Source: a bacterium
GTDB taxonomy: Bacteria > UBA8248 > JACPRG01 > G963555815
NCBI GenBank assembly: GCA_965261595.1
Contig: CBDHDG010000005.1
Coordinates: 960,001 to 1,024,000, forward strand
Direction of reading: 5' to 3'
Length of the DNA: 64,000 bases
Below the pieces are notes generated by a model that saw nothing but the letters and a program-made list of their open reading frames with translations, had not been told where the DNA came from and did no database searches. Below, piece by piece: positions 9,913-21,306 of the stretch. Every line of letters begins with the position of its first letter. The first letter of the stretch is position 1. The translations under genes and the position numbers were made by a program.

Positions 9913-11643
9913 ATGAGCGAGAAGTCTACAGGGGCGGAAATCTTTGTGCGGAGCCTGGCCGCCGAGGGCGTGAAGCACGTCTTCGGTTACCCGGGAGCGA
10001 CGCTTTTGCCCATCTACGACATGATGGAAAGGCATGCCATCCGGCACATCATGACGCGTCACGAGGCGGGATCGGTTCACGCGGCGGAAGGCTACGCCCG
10101 GGCCGCCGGCCGGGTGGGCGTTTGCCTGACCACCTCCGGACCGGGGGCGACCAACCTGGTGACGGGCATCACCGACGCCTTCATGGATTCCGTCCCCCTG
10201 GTGGCCTTTACCGGACAGGTCCCCTCCGCCATGATCGGCAATGACGCCTTTCAGGAAGCGGATATTGTCGGAATCACCCGGACCGTCACCAAGCACAATT
10301 ACATGGTGAAGGACGTCACCGAGCTGGCCAGAACGATGAAAGAGGCCTTTCACATCGCGGCCACCGGCCGGCCGGGGCCTGTTCTGGTGGATTTGCCCAA
10401 GGATATCCTTGGCGCCAAGGCTGAATTCGTTTACCCCGACAAGGTGGAGCTGCGCTCCTACAAGCCGACGCTGGTGGGCCATGCCCGCCAGATCCGCCGG
10501 GTGGCCGAGGCCATCAAAGAAGCCGAAAGACCTGTCCTCTACGCCGGCGGCGGGGTCATCATCTCCGGAGCCGCGGACGAGCTTCGCAAGTTGGCCGAGA
10601 AGACCCGAATCCCGGTCACCCTCACCCTCATGGGCCTCGGGGGGTTTCCCGGCGATCACCCATTGTTTCTGGGGATGCTGGGAATGCATGGGACCGCTTA
10701 CGCCAATTACGCCGTCACGGAATGCGACCTGCTGATCGCGGTGGGGGCGCGCTTTGACGACCGGGTCACCGGGCGGCTGGACACCTTCGCGCCGCACGCC
10801 AAGGTCGTTCACATCGACATCGACCCCGCGTCCATCAGCAAGAACGTCCAGGTGGACATCCCCGTGGTGGGGGACGCCCGAAACATCCTTCGAGCGTTGA
10901 ACAAGATCGCCCCCAGGAGGCGCGCGGCGGGCTGGCTGAAGCGGATCCAGTCCTGGAAGGAAGCGCGGCCGCTCGATTCAGAAGAGGGCGAGGGGGAGAT
11001 CAAGCCGCAGCAAGCCATCCGCGCCCTCCTGGAAGCGTGCGATGAGGACACCGTCATCACAACCGACGTCGGTCAGCACCAGATGTGGGCGGCCCAGCAC
11101 TACACGGTGAAGAAGCCGCGGACCTTCATTTCCTCCGGGGGCCTCGGGACGATGGGATTCGGTTTCCCGGCGGCCTTGGGGGCGCAGATCGCGCTGCCGG
11201 GCGCCCGCGTGGTCGCCATCCTGGGAGACGGCGGCTTTCAGATGGTCGCCTGCGAGATGGCGACCGCAATTCAATATGGTCTGCCGGTCAAGGTGTTCCT
11301 GCTGAACAATTTCTTTCTGGGCATGGTCCGCCAATGGCAGGACCTGTTCTGGAACAAGCAGTACCTGAACACCGACTTGGCGGTGAATCCGGACTTTGTG
11401 CTGCTGGCCGAGGCCTACGGGGCGAAAGGCGTGGTGATCAAAAGCCCCGGGCGCCTGAAGAAAGACTTGAAGGAGGCCCTCGCGATTCCCGGGCCTGTCG
11501 TGATTGATTGTCAAGTGAGCAAGGAAGAAAACGTTTTTCCAATGGTCCCGGCCGGAGGGGGCATGGGAGACATGATCTTCTCCGGCGACCCGATCGGAAA
11601 ATCCGGGGGGAGCAAACGCCGCAAAAAGGCGGCGGCGGGCTGA
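9913..11643 (+). CDS. ilvB: Acetolactate synthase large subunit (copy 1)
   Basis: FGYPG, RHE, TSGPGATN, RFDDRVTG, VGQHQMW, GDGGFQM, GMVRQWQ. Confidence 0.95.
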   Translation: MSEKSTGAEIFVRSLAAEGVKHVFGYPGATLLPIYDMMERHAIRHIMTRHEAGSVHAAEGYARAAGRVGVCLTTSGPGATNLVTGITDAFMDSVPLVAFTGQVPSAMIGNDAFQEADIVGITRTVTKHNYMVKDVTELARTMKEAFHIAATGRPGPVLVDLPKDILGAKAEFVYPDKVELRSYKPTLVGHARQIRRVAEAIKEAERPVLYAGGGVIISGAADELRKLAEKTRIPVTLTLMGLGGFPGDHPLFLGMLGMHGTAYANYAVTECDLLIAVGARFDDRVTGRLDTFAPHAKVVHIDIDPASISKNVQVDIPVVGDARNILRALNKIAPRRRAAGWLKRIQSWKEARPLDSEEGEGEIKPQQAIRALLEACDEDTVITTDVGQHQMWAAQHYTVKKPRTFISSGGLGTMGFGFPAALGAQIALPGARVVAILGDGGFQMVACEMATAIQYGLPVKVFLLNNFFLGMVRQWQDLFWNKQYLNTDLAVNPDFVLLAEAYGAKGVVIKSPGRLKKDLKEALAIPGPVVIDCQVSKEENVFPMVPAGGGMGDMIFSGDPIGKSGGSKRRKKAAAG

Positions 11644-11696
11644 ATCGCGCTTCCGGCGCAGGCCCGAACAGGCCGCAAACTGGAAAGGGTCCGACC

Positions 11697-13376
11697 GTGA
11701 GAAAGACCGGATCGGAAATCATCATTGAGGAGATGAAAAGGCAGGGGGTGGAAGTCACGTTCGGAATGCCGGGCGGGACCATTATGCCCTTCTACGACGC
11801 CCTGTACGGAAGCGGCATCGAACACATTCTCATCCGGCACGAACAGGGGGCGGCCCTCGCGGCCGACGGCTACGCCCAGAGCACGGGGAAGGTGGGCGTC
11901 TGCATGGCGACCTCGGGACCCGGGGCGATCAACCTGCTGACGGGTCTCCAGCATTCCCTGATGGATTCGGCGCCCATCGTCGCGCTGACCGGCCAGGTGG
12001 CGACCGCCATGATCGGCAGCGATGCTTTCCAGGAAGCCGACGTGTACGGAATGAGCATCCCCTGCACCAAGTACAACTACCTGGTCAAAGAGATCGCCGA
12101 TCTTCCCCGGGTGATTCGCGAGGCCTTTCACATCGCCCGGAGCGGCCGGCCGGGTCCGGTCTTGATTGATGTCCCCAAGGATATCCAGATCGATTCGGTC
12201 GAGTACGACCCCGACGCCGATCACAAAACCTCGCTGGTGGAGTACGAGCCGCCTGTCGAGGTGGACCCGGAAGGCATCGCCCGAATGTGCGAGGCGATCC
12301 GCAACGCCCGCCGTCCGGTGATTTACGCCGGCCATGGAATCATCCTGTCCGGGTGTTCGGACCTCCTGCGCCAGTTTGTCCGGAAGACACAGATCCCCAT
12401 TACGACGACGTTGCTGGGCCTGGGGATTTACCCCATTGCGGATCCGCTCTGCATGGGCATGCCGGGGATGCACGGAAGCCACACGGTCAACTACGCCCTG
12501 TCGGAGACCGATTGCTGCATCGCGCTCGGCGTGCGGTTCGATGACAGAGTCACCGGAGACGTGCGCCAGTTCGCCTCCAAGGCGACCATCTGTCACGTGG
12601 ACATTGATCAGGCCGAGATCGGCAAACGTATCCGGCCCCACATTTCTCTGCACGCCGATGTCGGGGCGGCGCTCGAGTGCCTCGTCCGCGAGGTGGAGCC
12701 GGGTGATTACACCGTTTGGCGGGAAGAGCTGGCCGAGAAGGGTCGCCGCTACCCGCTCAAGTACGACTGGGACGGAACCATCAAGCCCCAATATTTCCTC
12801 GAGCAGTTATTCGAGGTGGCGGGGACCGACTTGATCATGAGCACGGGCGTCGGCCAGCACCAGATGTGGGCGGCGCAGATCTATCCCTTCGACAAGCCCC
12901 GGATGTGGCTCACCTCCGGCGGACTCGGGGCCATGGGCTACGGTCTGCCGGCCGCCATCGGCGCCCAGGTCGCCCACCCCGACAAGCTCGTCGTCAACAT
13001 CGACGGAGACGGCAGCTTCCAGATCAACATCCAGGAGCTGGCCACGATTGACCAGTACGGTCTCCCCGTCAAGACCTTCATCCTCAACAATCAGTACCTG
13101 GGGATGGTTCGCCAGTGGCAGGAGTTCTTCTTTGAAAAACGCTATTCCGAGAGCCACTACACCCGAAATCCTGACTTCGCCAAGGTGGCCGAAGGGTTTG
13201 GAATCCGGGGCATGCGGGTCAAGGAGGTGGATGAGGTCCGGCCGATGCTGGAAGAGGCCATCGCCCATGACGGACCGGTCGTGATGGACGTGTTCATCAA
13301 CCAAGAGGAAAACGTTCTGCCAATGGTCCCATCGGGCGCCGGTCTGATGGAGATGATCGAGGAGAATTACGGCTGA
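11697..13376 (+). CDS. ilvB: Acetolactate synthase large subunit (copy 2)
   Basis: FGMPGG, RHEQ, RFDDRVTG, GVGQHQMW, DGDGSFQ, GMVRQWQ; GTG start inferred. Confidence 0.93.
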   Translation: MRKTGSEIIIEEMKRQGVEVTFGMPGGTIMPFYDALYGSGIEHILIRHEQGAALAADGYAQSTGKVGVCMATSGPGAINLLTGLQHSLMDSAPIVALTGQVATAMIGSDAFQEADVYGMSIPCTKYNYLVKEIADLPRVIREAFHIARSGRPGPVLIDVPKDIQIDSVEYDPDADHKTSLVEYEPPVEVDPEGIARMCEAIRNARRPVIYAGHGIILSGCSDLLRQFVRKTQIPITTTLLGLGIYPIADPLCMGMPGMHGSHTVNYALSETDCCIALGVRFDDRVTGDVRQFASKATICHVDIDQAEIGKRIRPHISLHADVGAALECLVREVEPGDYTVWREELAEKGRRYPLKYDWDGTIKPQYFLEQLFEVAGTDLIMSTGVGQHQMWAAQIYPFDKPRMWLTSGGLGAMGYGLPAAIGAQVAHPDKLVVNIDGDGSFQINIQELATIDQYGLPVKTFILNNQYLGMVRQWQEFFFEKRYSESHYTRNPDFAKVAEGFGIRGMRVKEVDEVRPMLEEAIAHDGPVVMDVFINQEENVLPMVPSGAGLMEMIEENYG

Positions 13377-13377
13377 C

Positions 13378-13884
13378 ATGAGGCAGATGCTATCCATCCG
13401 CGTTCGGAATCACCCTGGGGTGCTCTCCCATGTGGCGGGCCTGTTCACGCGCCGGGCCTTCAATATCGAGAGCATCGCCGCCGGTCCCACCGAGGACCCG
13501 GAGATCACCCGGATCCACCTGATCGCCCAGGGCGACGAGGGCCAGCTGGCTCAAGTGACCAAGCAGATCCGAAAGCTGATCGACGTTCTGGAGGTTGAAA
13601 ACCTTGCCTACGGGAGCGCGGTCACCCGTGAGTTGGTGCTTGTCACGGTCTATTCCACCCACGAGACCCGAAGAGACATCCTGCTGATTTGCCAGACCTT
13701 GGGCGCACGGGTGGTGGACCTGTCCTCGAAGGTGGTCACCATCGAATTCACCGGCAACGAGCGCCAGATCACCAACGCTGTACGAATGATGGAGCGGTTC
13801 GGGATCAAACGAATCGCCCGGACCGGAATGATCGCCCTGCCTTTCGAAAGTCTCTTGGAAGAGGGGCGGGAAGTCTTGAGCTGA
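13378..13884 (+). CDS. ilvN: Acetolactate synthase small subunit (adjacent to ilvB copy 2)
   Basis: [26 protein letters not shown] domain; RELVLV; ARTG. Confidence 0.9.
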   Translation: MRQMLSIRVRNHPGVLSHVAGLFTRRAFNIESIAAGPTEDPEITRIHLIAQGDEGQLAQVTKQIRKLIDVLEVENLAYGSAVTRELVLVTVYSTHETRRDILLICQTLGARVVDLSSKVVTIEFTGNERQITNAVRMMERFGIKRIARTGMIALPFESLLEEGREVLS

Positions 13885-13888
13885 AGCG

Positions 13889-14395
13889 ATGAAGGAAGCC
13901 TCCAAGAGGCACACCGTCGCCGTTTTGGTGGAGAACCGCTTCGGCGTCTTGGTCCGCGTGGCCGGCCTGTTCAGCGCGCGCGGCTACAACATCGAAAGCC
14001 TCTCCGTCGGAGAGACGCAGGAACCGGGCGTTTCGCGGATCACCATTGTCACGACGGGCGACGACTTGATCGTCGAAAAGATCATCAAGCAGCTTCACCG
14101 GTTGATCGACGTCATCAAAATTATCGATCTGACCGATGAGCCCTTCGTCGATCGGGAGATGGCCCTGATCAAAGTCAGCGCGGATCCTTCCGTCCGGGCC
14201 GAAGTCCTCCGCATCGCCGACATCTTCCGGGCAAAGATTGTTGACGTGTCTCCGAAGACCTATACCATAGAGATCACCGGCGACGAGGGGAAGATTCGGG
14301 CGATCCTGGAGCTCCTTCGGCCCATCGGCGTCAAGGAGATCGCCCGCACCGGAAAGGTGGCGATCGCCCGTGGAAATCGGACCCTTTCCGTCTGA
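13889..14395 (+). CDS. ilvN: Acetolactate synthase small subunit
   Basis: [38 protein letters not shown]. Confidence 0.92.
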   Translation: MKEASKRHTVAVLVENRFGVLVRVAGLFSARGYNIESLSVGETQEPGVSRITIVTTGDDLIVEKIIKQLHRLIDVIKIIDLTDEPFVDREMALIKVSADPSVRAEVLRIADIFRAKIVDVSPKTYTIEITGDEGKIRAILELLRPIGVKEIARTGKVAIARGNRTLSV

Positions 14396-14452
14396 CCGCC
14401 TCTTCCCGCCCCCACGCCTTGCCCGGCTTTACCGCCAGCTGGATGTCTGACC

Positions 14453-15100
14453 ATGCGCGTGCCTTTGGCCAAAGATGCTTTCCCGTATCTGGGCGCGGGG
14501 GTGTTTCTGACCGGGGTTTCAGCGCTTGCGGGATGGCCCGGGGCGGCTTGGCCGCTTGGCTTGTTGACGGCGTTCGTGGCCTATTTCTTCCGGGACCCGG
14601 ACCGCACGCTCCCCCGGGATGCGGACGCGGTGTTGGCGCCGGCCGACGGCCGGGTTGTTGATGTCCGAACGGAAGAAGACGGCGGAATCCGGATGAGCAT
14701 CTTTCTCTCGGTGTTCAATGTTCACATCAACCGTTCGCCGGTCCTCGGCCGGGTGGTCGCCACGGAATATCGGGCGGGCAGATTTCTGGCCGCGTTCCGG
14801 CCGGAGGCGTCCGCGGAAAACGAACAGAACATGATTCGTATCCTTCCGGAGGATCCTTCGGAAGGCCAAAGAGGAGAGGTGGGGGTGCGGCAGATTGCCG
14901 GCGCCATCGCCCGCCGGATTGTTTGTTGGACGAATGTCGGAGACTCCCTCCGGGCGGGGGAGCGCTTGGGTCTCATCAAGTTCGGCTCCCGGGTGGACCT
15001 GTTCCTGCCGCCGGGCGTCAAGCCGACGGTGTCGGTCGGGGATCGGGTGCGCGGCGGATCGGACATCGTTGCACGCTGGGAGAAAGCCGGTGAGCCGTAA
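14453..15100 (+). CDS. psd: Phosphatidylserine decarboxylase proenzyme
   Basis: FFRDPDR, APADGRV, FNVHINRSP, KFGSRVD autocleavage motif. Confidence 0.92.
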   Translation: MRVPLAKDAFPYLGAGVFLTGVSALAGWPGAAWPLGLLTAFVAYFFRDPDRTLPRDADAVLAPADGRVVDVRTEEDGGIRMSIFLSVFNVHINRSPVLGRVVATEYRAGRFLAAFRPEASAENEQNMIRILPEDPSEGQRGEVGVRQIAGAIARRIVCWTNVGDSLRAGERLGLIKFGSRVDLFLPPGVKPTVSVGDRVRGGSDIVARWEKAGEP

Positions 15101-15878
15101 AAGACATCGAATCCAAGGCGGGCGAAGCCGGATGCGCCGGGGGATATTCCTCGTTCCGAGCTTGTTTACGACGGCCGGCATGGTGGCGGGGATCTATGCG
15201 TTGCTGGCCGCCGTGAATGGGTTGCACTACAAAGCGGGGGCGGCCATCTTCATCGCCATGATCCTGGACAGTCTGGATGGAAGGATCGCGCGGTGGACGA
15301 GCAGCAGCACCCCCTTTGGAAAAGAATACGACTCGCTCTCGGACCTCATGGCTTTCGGCGTGGCGCCCGCGGCGTTGCTTTATTCCTGGGCGCTCCGCCC
15401 TTTTGGACGGATTGGCTGGGTTGGGGTGTTTCTGTTCGTAATTTGCGGGGCGCTGAGGCTTGCGCGGTTCAATATTCAGTCGGATTCGGATAACCGGGGA
15501 CGGTTTACGGGCCTGCCCATTCCGGCGGCCGCCGGAATAGTCGCGGCCTCGGTCATGCTGATTGAGGAGTTTTCGCTCTTTGCCTCCCCGCCCGCTTTGG
15601 CGGCGGCCGTTTTGGCCTATGTGCTGGCCTTTTTGATGGTGAGCAACCTTCCATATCCGGATTTCAAGACGGTCGGCTGGAAGGATAGAAAGCCTTTCAA
15701 CCTCCTGGTGGGATCGGTCTTGATTCTGGTGGTGGTGGCCACATTTCCCCATGTAACGCTTTTCCTCGGGCTTTCGTGCTACGCCCTGTTGGGACCCATC
15801 GAAGGCATCCTGAGCTTCTTCCGGCGGAACCGGAAACAGGATGTAACCGAACATGCTGGAAACCCAACGAATCTGTAA
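15090..15878 (+). CDS. pssA: CDP-diacylglycerol--serine O-phosphatidyltransferase
   Basis: LDGRIAR...FGKEYDSLSDLMAFGVAPA, ALRLARFN, FTGLPIP; start 15090 or 15132. Confidence 0.92.
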   Translation: MSRKRHRIQGGRSRMRRGIFLVPSLFTTAGMVAGIYALLAAVNGLHYKAGAAIFIAMILDSLDGRIARWTSSSTPFGKEYDSLSDLMAFGVAPAALLYSWALRPFGRIGWVGVFLFVICGALRLARFNIQSDSDNRGRFTGLPIPAAAGIVAASVMLIEEFSLFASPPALAAAVLAYVLAFLMVSNLPYPDFKTVGWKDRKPFNLLVGSVLILVVVATFPHVTLFLGLSCYALLGPIEGILSFFRRNRKQDVTEHAGNPTNL

Positions 15879-15894
15879 GTTGCATGTCAACTCC

Positions 15895-15923
15895 TTGACA
15901 TTTCCTTCGATTTGTCATAGTAT
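15895..15923 (+). promoter_or_regulatory. Sigma-70-type promoter upstream of lptD
   Basis: TTGACA, 17-bp spacer, TAGTAT. Confidence 0.6.
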
Positions 15924-16028
15924 CCTACTGAAAGCTAAAAGCTTACCGTTTGCCACGCGCCTGATGGTGTGGCCCTTTGATTTCTTGGCCTGACCGCTTT
16001 TGTCGGGTTCGGGAAGAGCGGATCATTC

Positions 16029-18299
16029 GTGAGAAAGTATTTCTGGGCCGTTTTGGGTTGGTGTTTCATCTGGGGCTGGGTTTTCGCTCCTTCCGGATGG
16101 GCGCAATTCAGTCCGAAGCTCATTGCGCCCGCCATCCCCGGGCGGCCTCAACAACCCGCCCGGCGCTCCTCGACCCCATTGCTCCCGTTGGCCCCCGCGA
16201 CGTCCACGCTCGCCCAAAAAAAACCCGCGCCGCGCGGAATCCCTCCACAGGTTCTCCTCCCCGGGGAGGAGACCACCATCCGGGCGGACTCTCTCACCGA
16301 GGATTCCGAACGCAAGGTTGTCGTCGGAGAGGGGTTTGTGGATGTGCGGTTCCTGGGCAACCGTCTCCAAGCGGACCGGGTTGAGATCAACACCGGGACA
16401 GGCGACGGGGTGGCCTCGGGCAATGTGGTGTTCCAGGACAAGGGAAACCGCCTTGTTTGCAACCGGATTGAGTTCAATATCCGCCGCCAGCAAGCCGTTC
16501 TTTACGGCGCTCGCGGGGAATTGGGCCGGGAGTACAAAGTTTCCGGAGAGCGGATCGAGCGTCACGACGCAAGGCATTACCGGATCCTGGACGGTTCGCT
16601 CACCACCTGCAAAGGCCCCGTTCCGGAGTGGCAGTTCCGGTCCCGTTCGATGGATATCACCCTGGAGGAGTTTGCTTTTATCCGTCAGCCGACGTTCTGG
16701 GTGGTGGGATTTCCGGTGGGGTATCTTCCCTACTTGATCGCTCCGATCAAGACGAAGCGCTCCACCGGCTTCCTGGTGCCGATCATCGGAACCAGCACGC
16801 GGGACGGTTTCAAGTACGACCAGGAGTTCTTCTGGGCCTTTTCCGATCACGCCGATGCCACCTTCGGTCTCGAATATCGGAAGAACCGGGGGTTCATCCC
16901 CCAGGCCGAGCTCCGGTATCGGTTGAGCGGGACAACCCGGGGAACGGCGGATGTCAAGTTCCTGGACGATGACTTATCGAAAGAGACCTTTTACCGCATC
17001 CGCGCGGAGCACCAGCAGGAGTTCGGCGAGAAGTTCACCGGATTTTACCAAGTCGAGCGGGTGAACAACCTGGATTTCGATTCGACGTTCGAAGAGGACC
17101 TGGGAATTCGGACCCGGCGCAATGTGGAATCGAGGGTCAATCTTCAGAAGAATTGGGACATCGCTTCGGCCCGTTTCTTTAGTCAGTTTCTGGACTCCGC
17201 CGAGGAGAGCCGGAGTGAGTTCTTTCAGCGGGCCCCGGACTTCAACTTCAACCTGAGCCCCTCGATCGGAAAGCTCGGACCCCTCTCGATCAGTCCGTCG
17301 GTCCAGACGTCCATTGTCCGGTTCAACCGGCGGCAGGATAGAGAAGACGAGTTTTGGCGGATGGATACGGCGTCCAGGCTTTCAATCCCGATTCCGGACA
17401 TGAAGTGGCTGACTTTCAGCCCCTTCATGGAGGGCCGCTTCACGTACTACACCAACGGGCGCGAGGCGGGGAACCGAAGCCGGAAATCCGGATCTTTCTC
17501 CAGGGAGCTTTGGGCCGCGGGCCTGAACGCGGCGGGTCCGAAGCTCTTTCGGACGTACCCATTGGGGTTTCAACGACTGCCTGCCGTCAAACACCTGACC
17601 CAACTGAACGTGTCTTATTTCTACCGTCCGGATATGGACGGAAAAGACCGCGGAAAGATCGTTCAGATAGATTCGCTGGACGAGTTTGGCCCGGAGAATT
17701 TGCTCTCGTACTCCTGGGAGCACCGCCTGCTCGCGAAGGTTCAATCGGGACGCGATGCCTTCGAGAATCGGGACGTGTTGAATATGGCGGTCTCCCATTC
17801 ACTCGATGTGGATAAACTTCAAGGGGGTGAAGACAGACCCCTGTCGGAAGTTTCGTTTCGCCTCGAATCGAAACCCTTCCGTCTGTGGCGGATCGGTTTT
17901 GACACCCGTTACAATATTTACGATAGTGAATTTCCCTCCTACGGCGTCAGTCTGGATCTGCGGGAAGGGCGGGACTGGTTCCTGCGTCATGAGGTCCGGT
18001 TTCGGGATCAGAAGGGCGAGGGGAATCAGGATAAGTTGACCAATGTCCTCTCGGGCGGGTTCCGGTTCCTGAAGGTCCTCTTCCTGGAGGGCGGCGCCCG
18101 TTGGACGGGGGAAGATCCCGAGCTTTTGGAAAAGAACATCCTCTTCCGCTTTCAAGGATGCTGCTGGGGCTTCACCCTCGAGTTTGTGGATAGGGATGAC
18201 GAGACCCTCTTCCAGTTCGGTTTCAATCTGGTGGGCCTGATTGGTGATGAAGGCTCTCCGGTCTTCAAGTTCGGCCGCTCTGTGGCGACGCCTGAGTAA
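16029..18299 (+). CDS. lptD: LPS assembly outer membrane protein LptD
   Basis: Signal peptide; OstA-like LQADRV; TTC...PEW; KRSTGFLVP; C-terminal GCCW; beta-barrel alternation. Confidence 0.88.
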   Translation: MRKYFWAVLGWCFIWGWVFAPSGWAQFSPKLIAPAIPGRPQQPARRSSTPLLPLAPATSTLAQKKPAPRGIPPQVLLPGEETTIRADSLTEDSERKVVVGEGFVDVRFLGNRLQADRVEINTGTGDGVASGNVVFQDKGNRLVCNRIEFNIRRQQAVLYGARGELGREYKVSGERIERHDARHYRILDGSLTTCKGPVPEWQFRSRSMDITLEEFAFIRQPTFWVVGFPVGYLPYLIAPIKTKRSTGFLVPIIGTSTRDGFKYDQEFFWAFSDHADATFGLEYRKNRGFIPQAELRYRLSGTTRGTADVKFLDDDLSKETFYRIRAEHQQEFGEKFTGFYQVERVNNLDFDSTFEEDLGIRTRRNVESRVNLQKNWDIASARFFSQFLDSAEESRSEFFQRAPDFNFNLSPSIGKLGPLSISPSVQTSIVRFNRRQDREDEFWRMDTASRLSIPIPDMKWLTFSPFMEGRFTYYTNGREAGNRSRKSGSFSRELWAAGLNAAGPKLFRTYPLGFQRLPAVKHLTQLNVSYFYRPDMDGKDRGKIVQIDSLDEFGPENLLSYSWEHRLLAKVQSGRDAFENRDVLNMAVSHSLDVDKLQGGEDRPLSEVSFRLESKPFRLWRIGFDTRYNIYDSEFPSYGVSLDLREGRDWFLRHEVRFRDQKGEGNQDKLTNVLSGGFRFLKVLFLEGGARWTGEDPELLEKNILFRFQGCCWGFTLEFVDRDDETLFQFGFNLVGLIGDEGSPVFKFGRSVATPE

Positions 18300-18734
18300 A
18301 GAGGCGGCGCGGATCCGTCCCGAGGGTGAGCGCGGGCCCTCCTGATTTTTCGGGCCGCGATGTGCGTCGATTCGATCTCGGTTCGACGCGATGCCGGGAA
18401 TGGGCGCCGGTCGATTTCGGGCCGGGCCTTGGGAAAGTCCGAAGAAACGGCCCGGTGTCTCACCTGTCTTGAACCCATACATCCATTGCGCGGGAACCGG
18501 CCAGGGGGTAGAATCACTTAGTCGCATCCGCGCCCGAGGGCTTTTCGCAACGTCCGGCGCCGATATTTTGACTTGTTTTTTTTCGCCGGTTCGGTTAACC
18601 GATTCTCTTCGTGATATTTTCAACCTTAGCGATGTGCGTTCATTCCCGTCGTGGAACCCATGGGGGCGTGGAGCGGGGATGAGTACTCATAATCGGTTCG
18701 ATCCATTCGGCGGGGACTTCTTGGAGGGAGAAGT

Positions 18735-20123
18735 GTGATGTGGGCTGACAAAGGGGAGTGCGACGCCGCATTGGAGGGGACTATCGAAGTCGGCGCGGAC
18801 GTGTCCGTTCACGTGAAGGACGCCGGGCGGCTTCGGGCGGGGCTCATCGACACGCTTGCGTACCATGCGGTCCATCATTCCACTGAGGAATTGAGAGACT
18901 ATTGCCGCTGGCTCATCCGGCGCGCGGCCGAAACGCTGGAGATCCGGACGGCCTCGATCCACGACCTTTACATCGCGATGGGTCGGGGGGACGCGGGGGG
19001 CTTCACGACGCCGGCCATCAATATCCGGGGCATGACCTTCGATGTCTCGCGCGCCATCTTCCGGGCGGCGATGTCGCGGGAGGTCGGCGCCTTGATTTTC
19101 GAGATTGCACGCTCCGAGATCGTATACACCGAGCAGAGGCCCGCCGAATACGCGGCCTCGGTCCTCGCGGGCGCGATCAAGGAAGGGTTCAGGGGGCCGG
19201 TCTTTCTCCAGGGGGATCATTTCCAGATCAACGCGAAGAAGTTCGCCAAGGACCCGGATCAGGAGATGGACTCAGTTCGGGACGTGATTCAGGAGGCGTT
19301 GAAGGCGGGGTTTTACAACATTGATATCGACTCATCGACCCTGGTGGACCTGAGCCGACCCAACATCAAAGAGCAGCAGCGGTTGAATTTCGAGAAGGCG
19401 GCGGAGCTGACCCGGTGCATTCGGGAGCACGAGCCCGAGGGCGTGACCGTCTCGGTCGGCGGCGAGGTCGGCGAGGTCGGCGGGAAAAATACGACCGTGG
19501 AAGAGGCCCGGGCCTTCATCGATAATTATCGGGAGACGCTGGCCTCTTACGGCGGCGGGATGAAGGGAATCAGCAAGCTGAGCATTCAGACCGGGACCAG
19601 CCACGGCGGGGTCCTCCTGGCGGACGGCACGATGGCCCAGGTGAGTCTCGATTTCGATACCTTGGCGGAAATCTCCGACCTGTGCCGGGAATCGTACGGA
19701 TTGAGCGGCGCCGTTCAGCATGGCGCCTCGACGCTGCCGGAAGAGGCCTTCAACCGTTTCGTAGAGAGCAGGGCCTCGGAGGTCCATCTGGCGACCGCCT
19801 TCCAGAATATGATCTATGATCGCATTCCCGAGGCGTTGCGCAAAGAAGTCCAAGGTTGGGTCATTGAGACGCACCAGTCCTCTCGGAAAGAAGGGGATAC
19901 GGACGAGCAGCTCTTTTACAGGGAGAGAAAGCGCGCCTTCGGCCCCTTCAAGTTTCAATTCTCGGCCTTGCCCGAGGATGTGAGGGCGCCGATTCGCGTG
20001 GATCTCGAGAAACGGTTCGGCTTCCTGTTCGAGAAGCTGGGAGTTGTGAACACCCGGGAGGCGGTCAATCGGTTTGTCAAACCCGTGGAGGTGAGCATCC
20101 CCGCCCCCGCGGCGCTATCTTAG
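18735..20123 (+). CDS. Class II fructose-bisphosphate aldolase (long type)
   Basis: FLQGDH, GGEVGEVGG, GTSHGG and VQHGASTLP metal-binding motifs; adjacent to fbp and pfkA. Confidence 0.85.
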   Translation: MMWADKGECDAALEGTIEVGADVSVHVKDAGRLRAGLIDTLAYHAVHHSTEELRDYCRWLIRRAAETLEIRTASIHDLYIAMGRGDAGGFTTPAINIRGMTFDVSRAIFRAAMSREVGALIFEIARSEIVYTEQRPAEYAASVLAGAIKEGFRGPVFLQGDHFQINAKKFAKDPDQEMDSVRDVIQEALKAGFYNIDIDSSTLVDLSRPNIKEQQRLNFEKAAELTRCIREHEPEGVTVSVGGEVGEVGGKNTTVEEARAFIDNYRETLASYGGGMKGISKLSIQTGTSHGGVLLADGTMAQVSLDFDTLAEISDLCRESYGLSGAVQHGASTLPEEAFNRFVESRASEVHLATAFQNMIYDRIPEALRKEVQGWVIETHQSSRKEGDTDEQLFYRERKRAFGPFKFQFSALPEDVRAPIRVDLEKRFGFLFEKLGVVNTREAVNRFVKPVEVSIPAPAALS

Positions 20124-20153
20124 AAACGGCGGGGGTCGGAGGAAACGGGAGGC

Positions 20154-21167
20154 ATGGTGGTCGCTGATCTCGGCATGACGTTGGAGCGCTGCATCGCGGA
20201 AGAGCAGACGCGCTTCCCCGCGGCCCAGGGCGTGTTGACGGACCTCCTGACGCAGATCGCCCTGGCGGGAAAAATCATCTACAGCGAGGTCAACAAGGCC
20301 GGCCTGGCGGACATCCTGGGGTTGACCGGAAAAATCAATGTCCAGGGGGAGGAGGTCCAGAAGCTGGACGAGTTCGCCAATACGACCGTCCGCAACTGCC
20401 TGGAACATACCGGCTACCTCTGCGCGATGGCTTCCGAAGAAATGGATGACGTGTTTATGATTCCGGAGCGGTTCCCGGCCGGAGATTACGCCCTGTTGTA
20501 CGATCCTTTGGACGGCTCTTCCAACATCGACGTCAACGTCAGCATCGGCACCATCTTTTCTGTCTTTCGCAAGAAGAGCGCTTCCGAACGCGGGGAGCCG
20601 AGCGATTGCGTCCAGCGCGGGAGCGAGCAGGTCGCGGCGGGCTATGTCATCTACGGTTCGAGCGTCATGATGGTCTGCACGACGGGAAACGGTGTGTTCG
20701 GGTTCACGCTCGACCCCCGGATCGGGGAATTCTTCCTGTCCCATCCGGACATCCGGATCCCGGCCCGCGGAAAGTTTTACAGCATCAACGAAGGCAACAC
20801 GGCCCACTGGACCGAAGAGACCCGCCGGTGCATCAGCCACCTCAAGGAAATGGACCCGGAGACGGGCCGTCCGTATTCGGGCCGCTACATCGGCTCCCTG
20901 GTCGCGGATTTTCACCGCAACCTCGTCAAAGGCGGAATCTTTCTCTACCCGGGTGATCGCAGGAGCCCCGAGGGAAAGCTTCGCCTCCTTTACGAAGCCA
21001 ATCCCCTCGCCTTCATCGTCGAGCAGGCCGGGGGCGCCGCGAGCACCGGCCGGCAGCGCATCCTGGACATCGAGCCCGAGGCCCTTCATCAACGCTGTCC
21101 GCTCATCATCGGCTCCGAGGAAGACGTGCGGCTTGCCGAAGCGTTTTATCGGGGCAAGCGCGATTGA
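20154..21167 (+). CDS. fbp: Class 1 fructose-1,6-bisphosphatase
   Basis: [45 protein letters not shown]. Confidence 0.95.
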   Translation: MVVADLGMTLERCIAEEQTRFPAAQGVLTDLLTQIALAGKIIYSEVNKAGLADILGLTGKINVQGEEVQKLDEFANTTVRNCLEHTGYLCAMASEEMDDVFMIPERFPAGDYALLYDPLDGSSNIDVNVSIGTIFSVFRKKSASERGEPSDCVQRGSEQVAAGYVIYGSSVMMVCTTGNGVFGFTLDPRIGEFFLSHPDIRIPARGKFYSINEGNTAHWTEETRRCISHLKEMDPETGRPYSGRYIGSLVADFHRNLVKGGIFLYPGDRRSPEGKLRLLYEANPLAFIVEQAGGAASTGRQRILDIEPEALHQRCPLIIGSEEDVRLAEAFYRGKRD

Positions 21168-21306
21168 ACGCCGGATTGCCGCTGTCTGAGCAAAGGCTTA
21201 CATACGAAATGACGCCCAGCGGGGAAATGCGTCGTTCCGCAAGAGGCTTCGGCCGCTTCCGCTGAGGAAAGCGCAGGCCGCCGAGAGGATATTCGCGACA
21301 GCAGGT

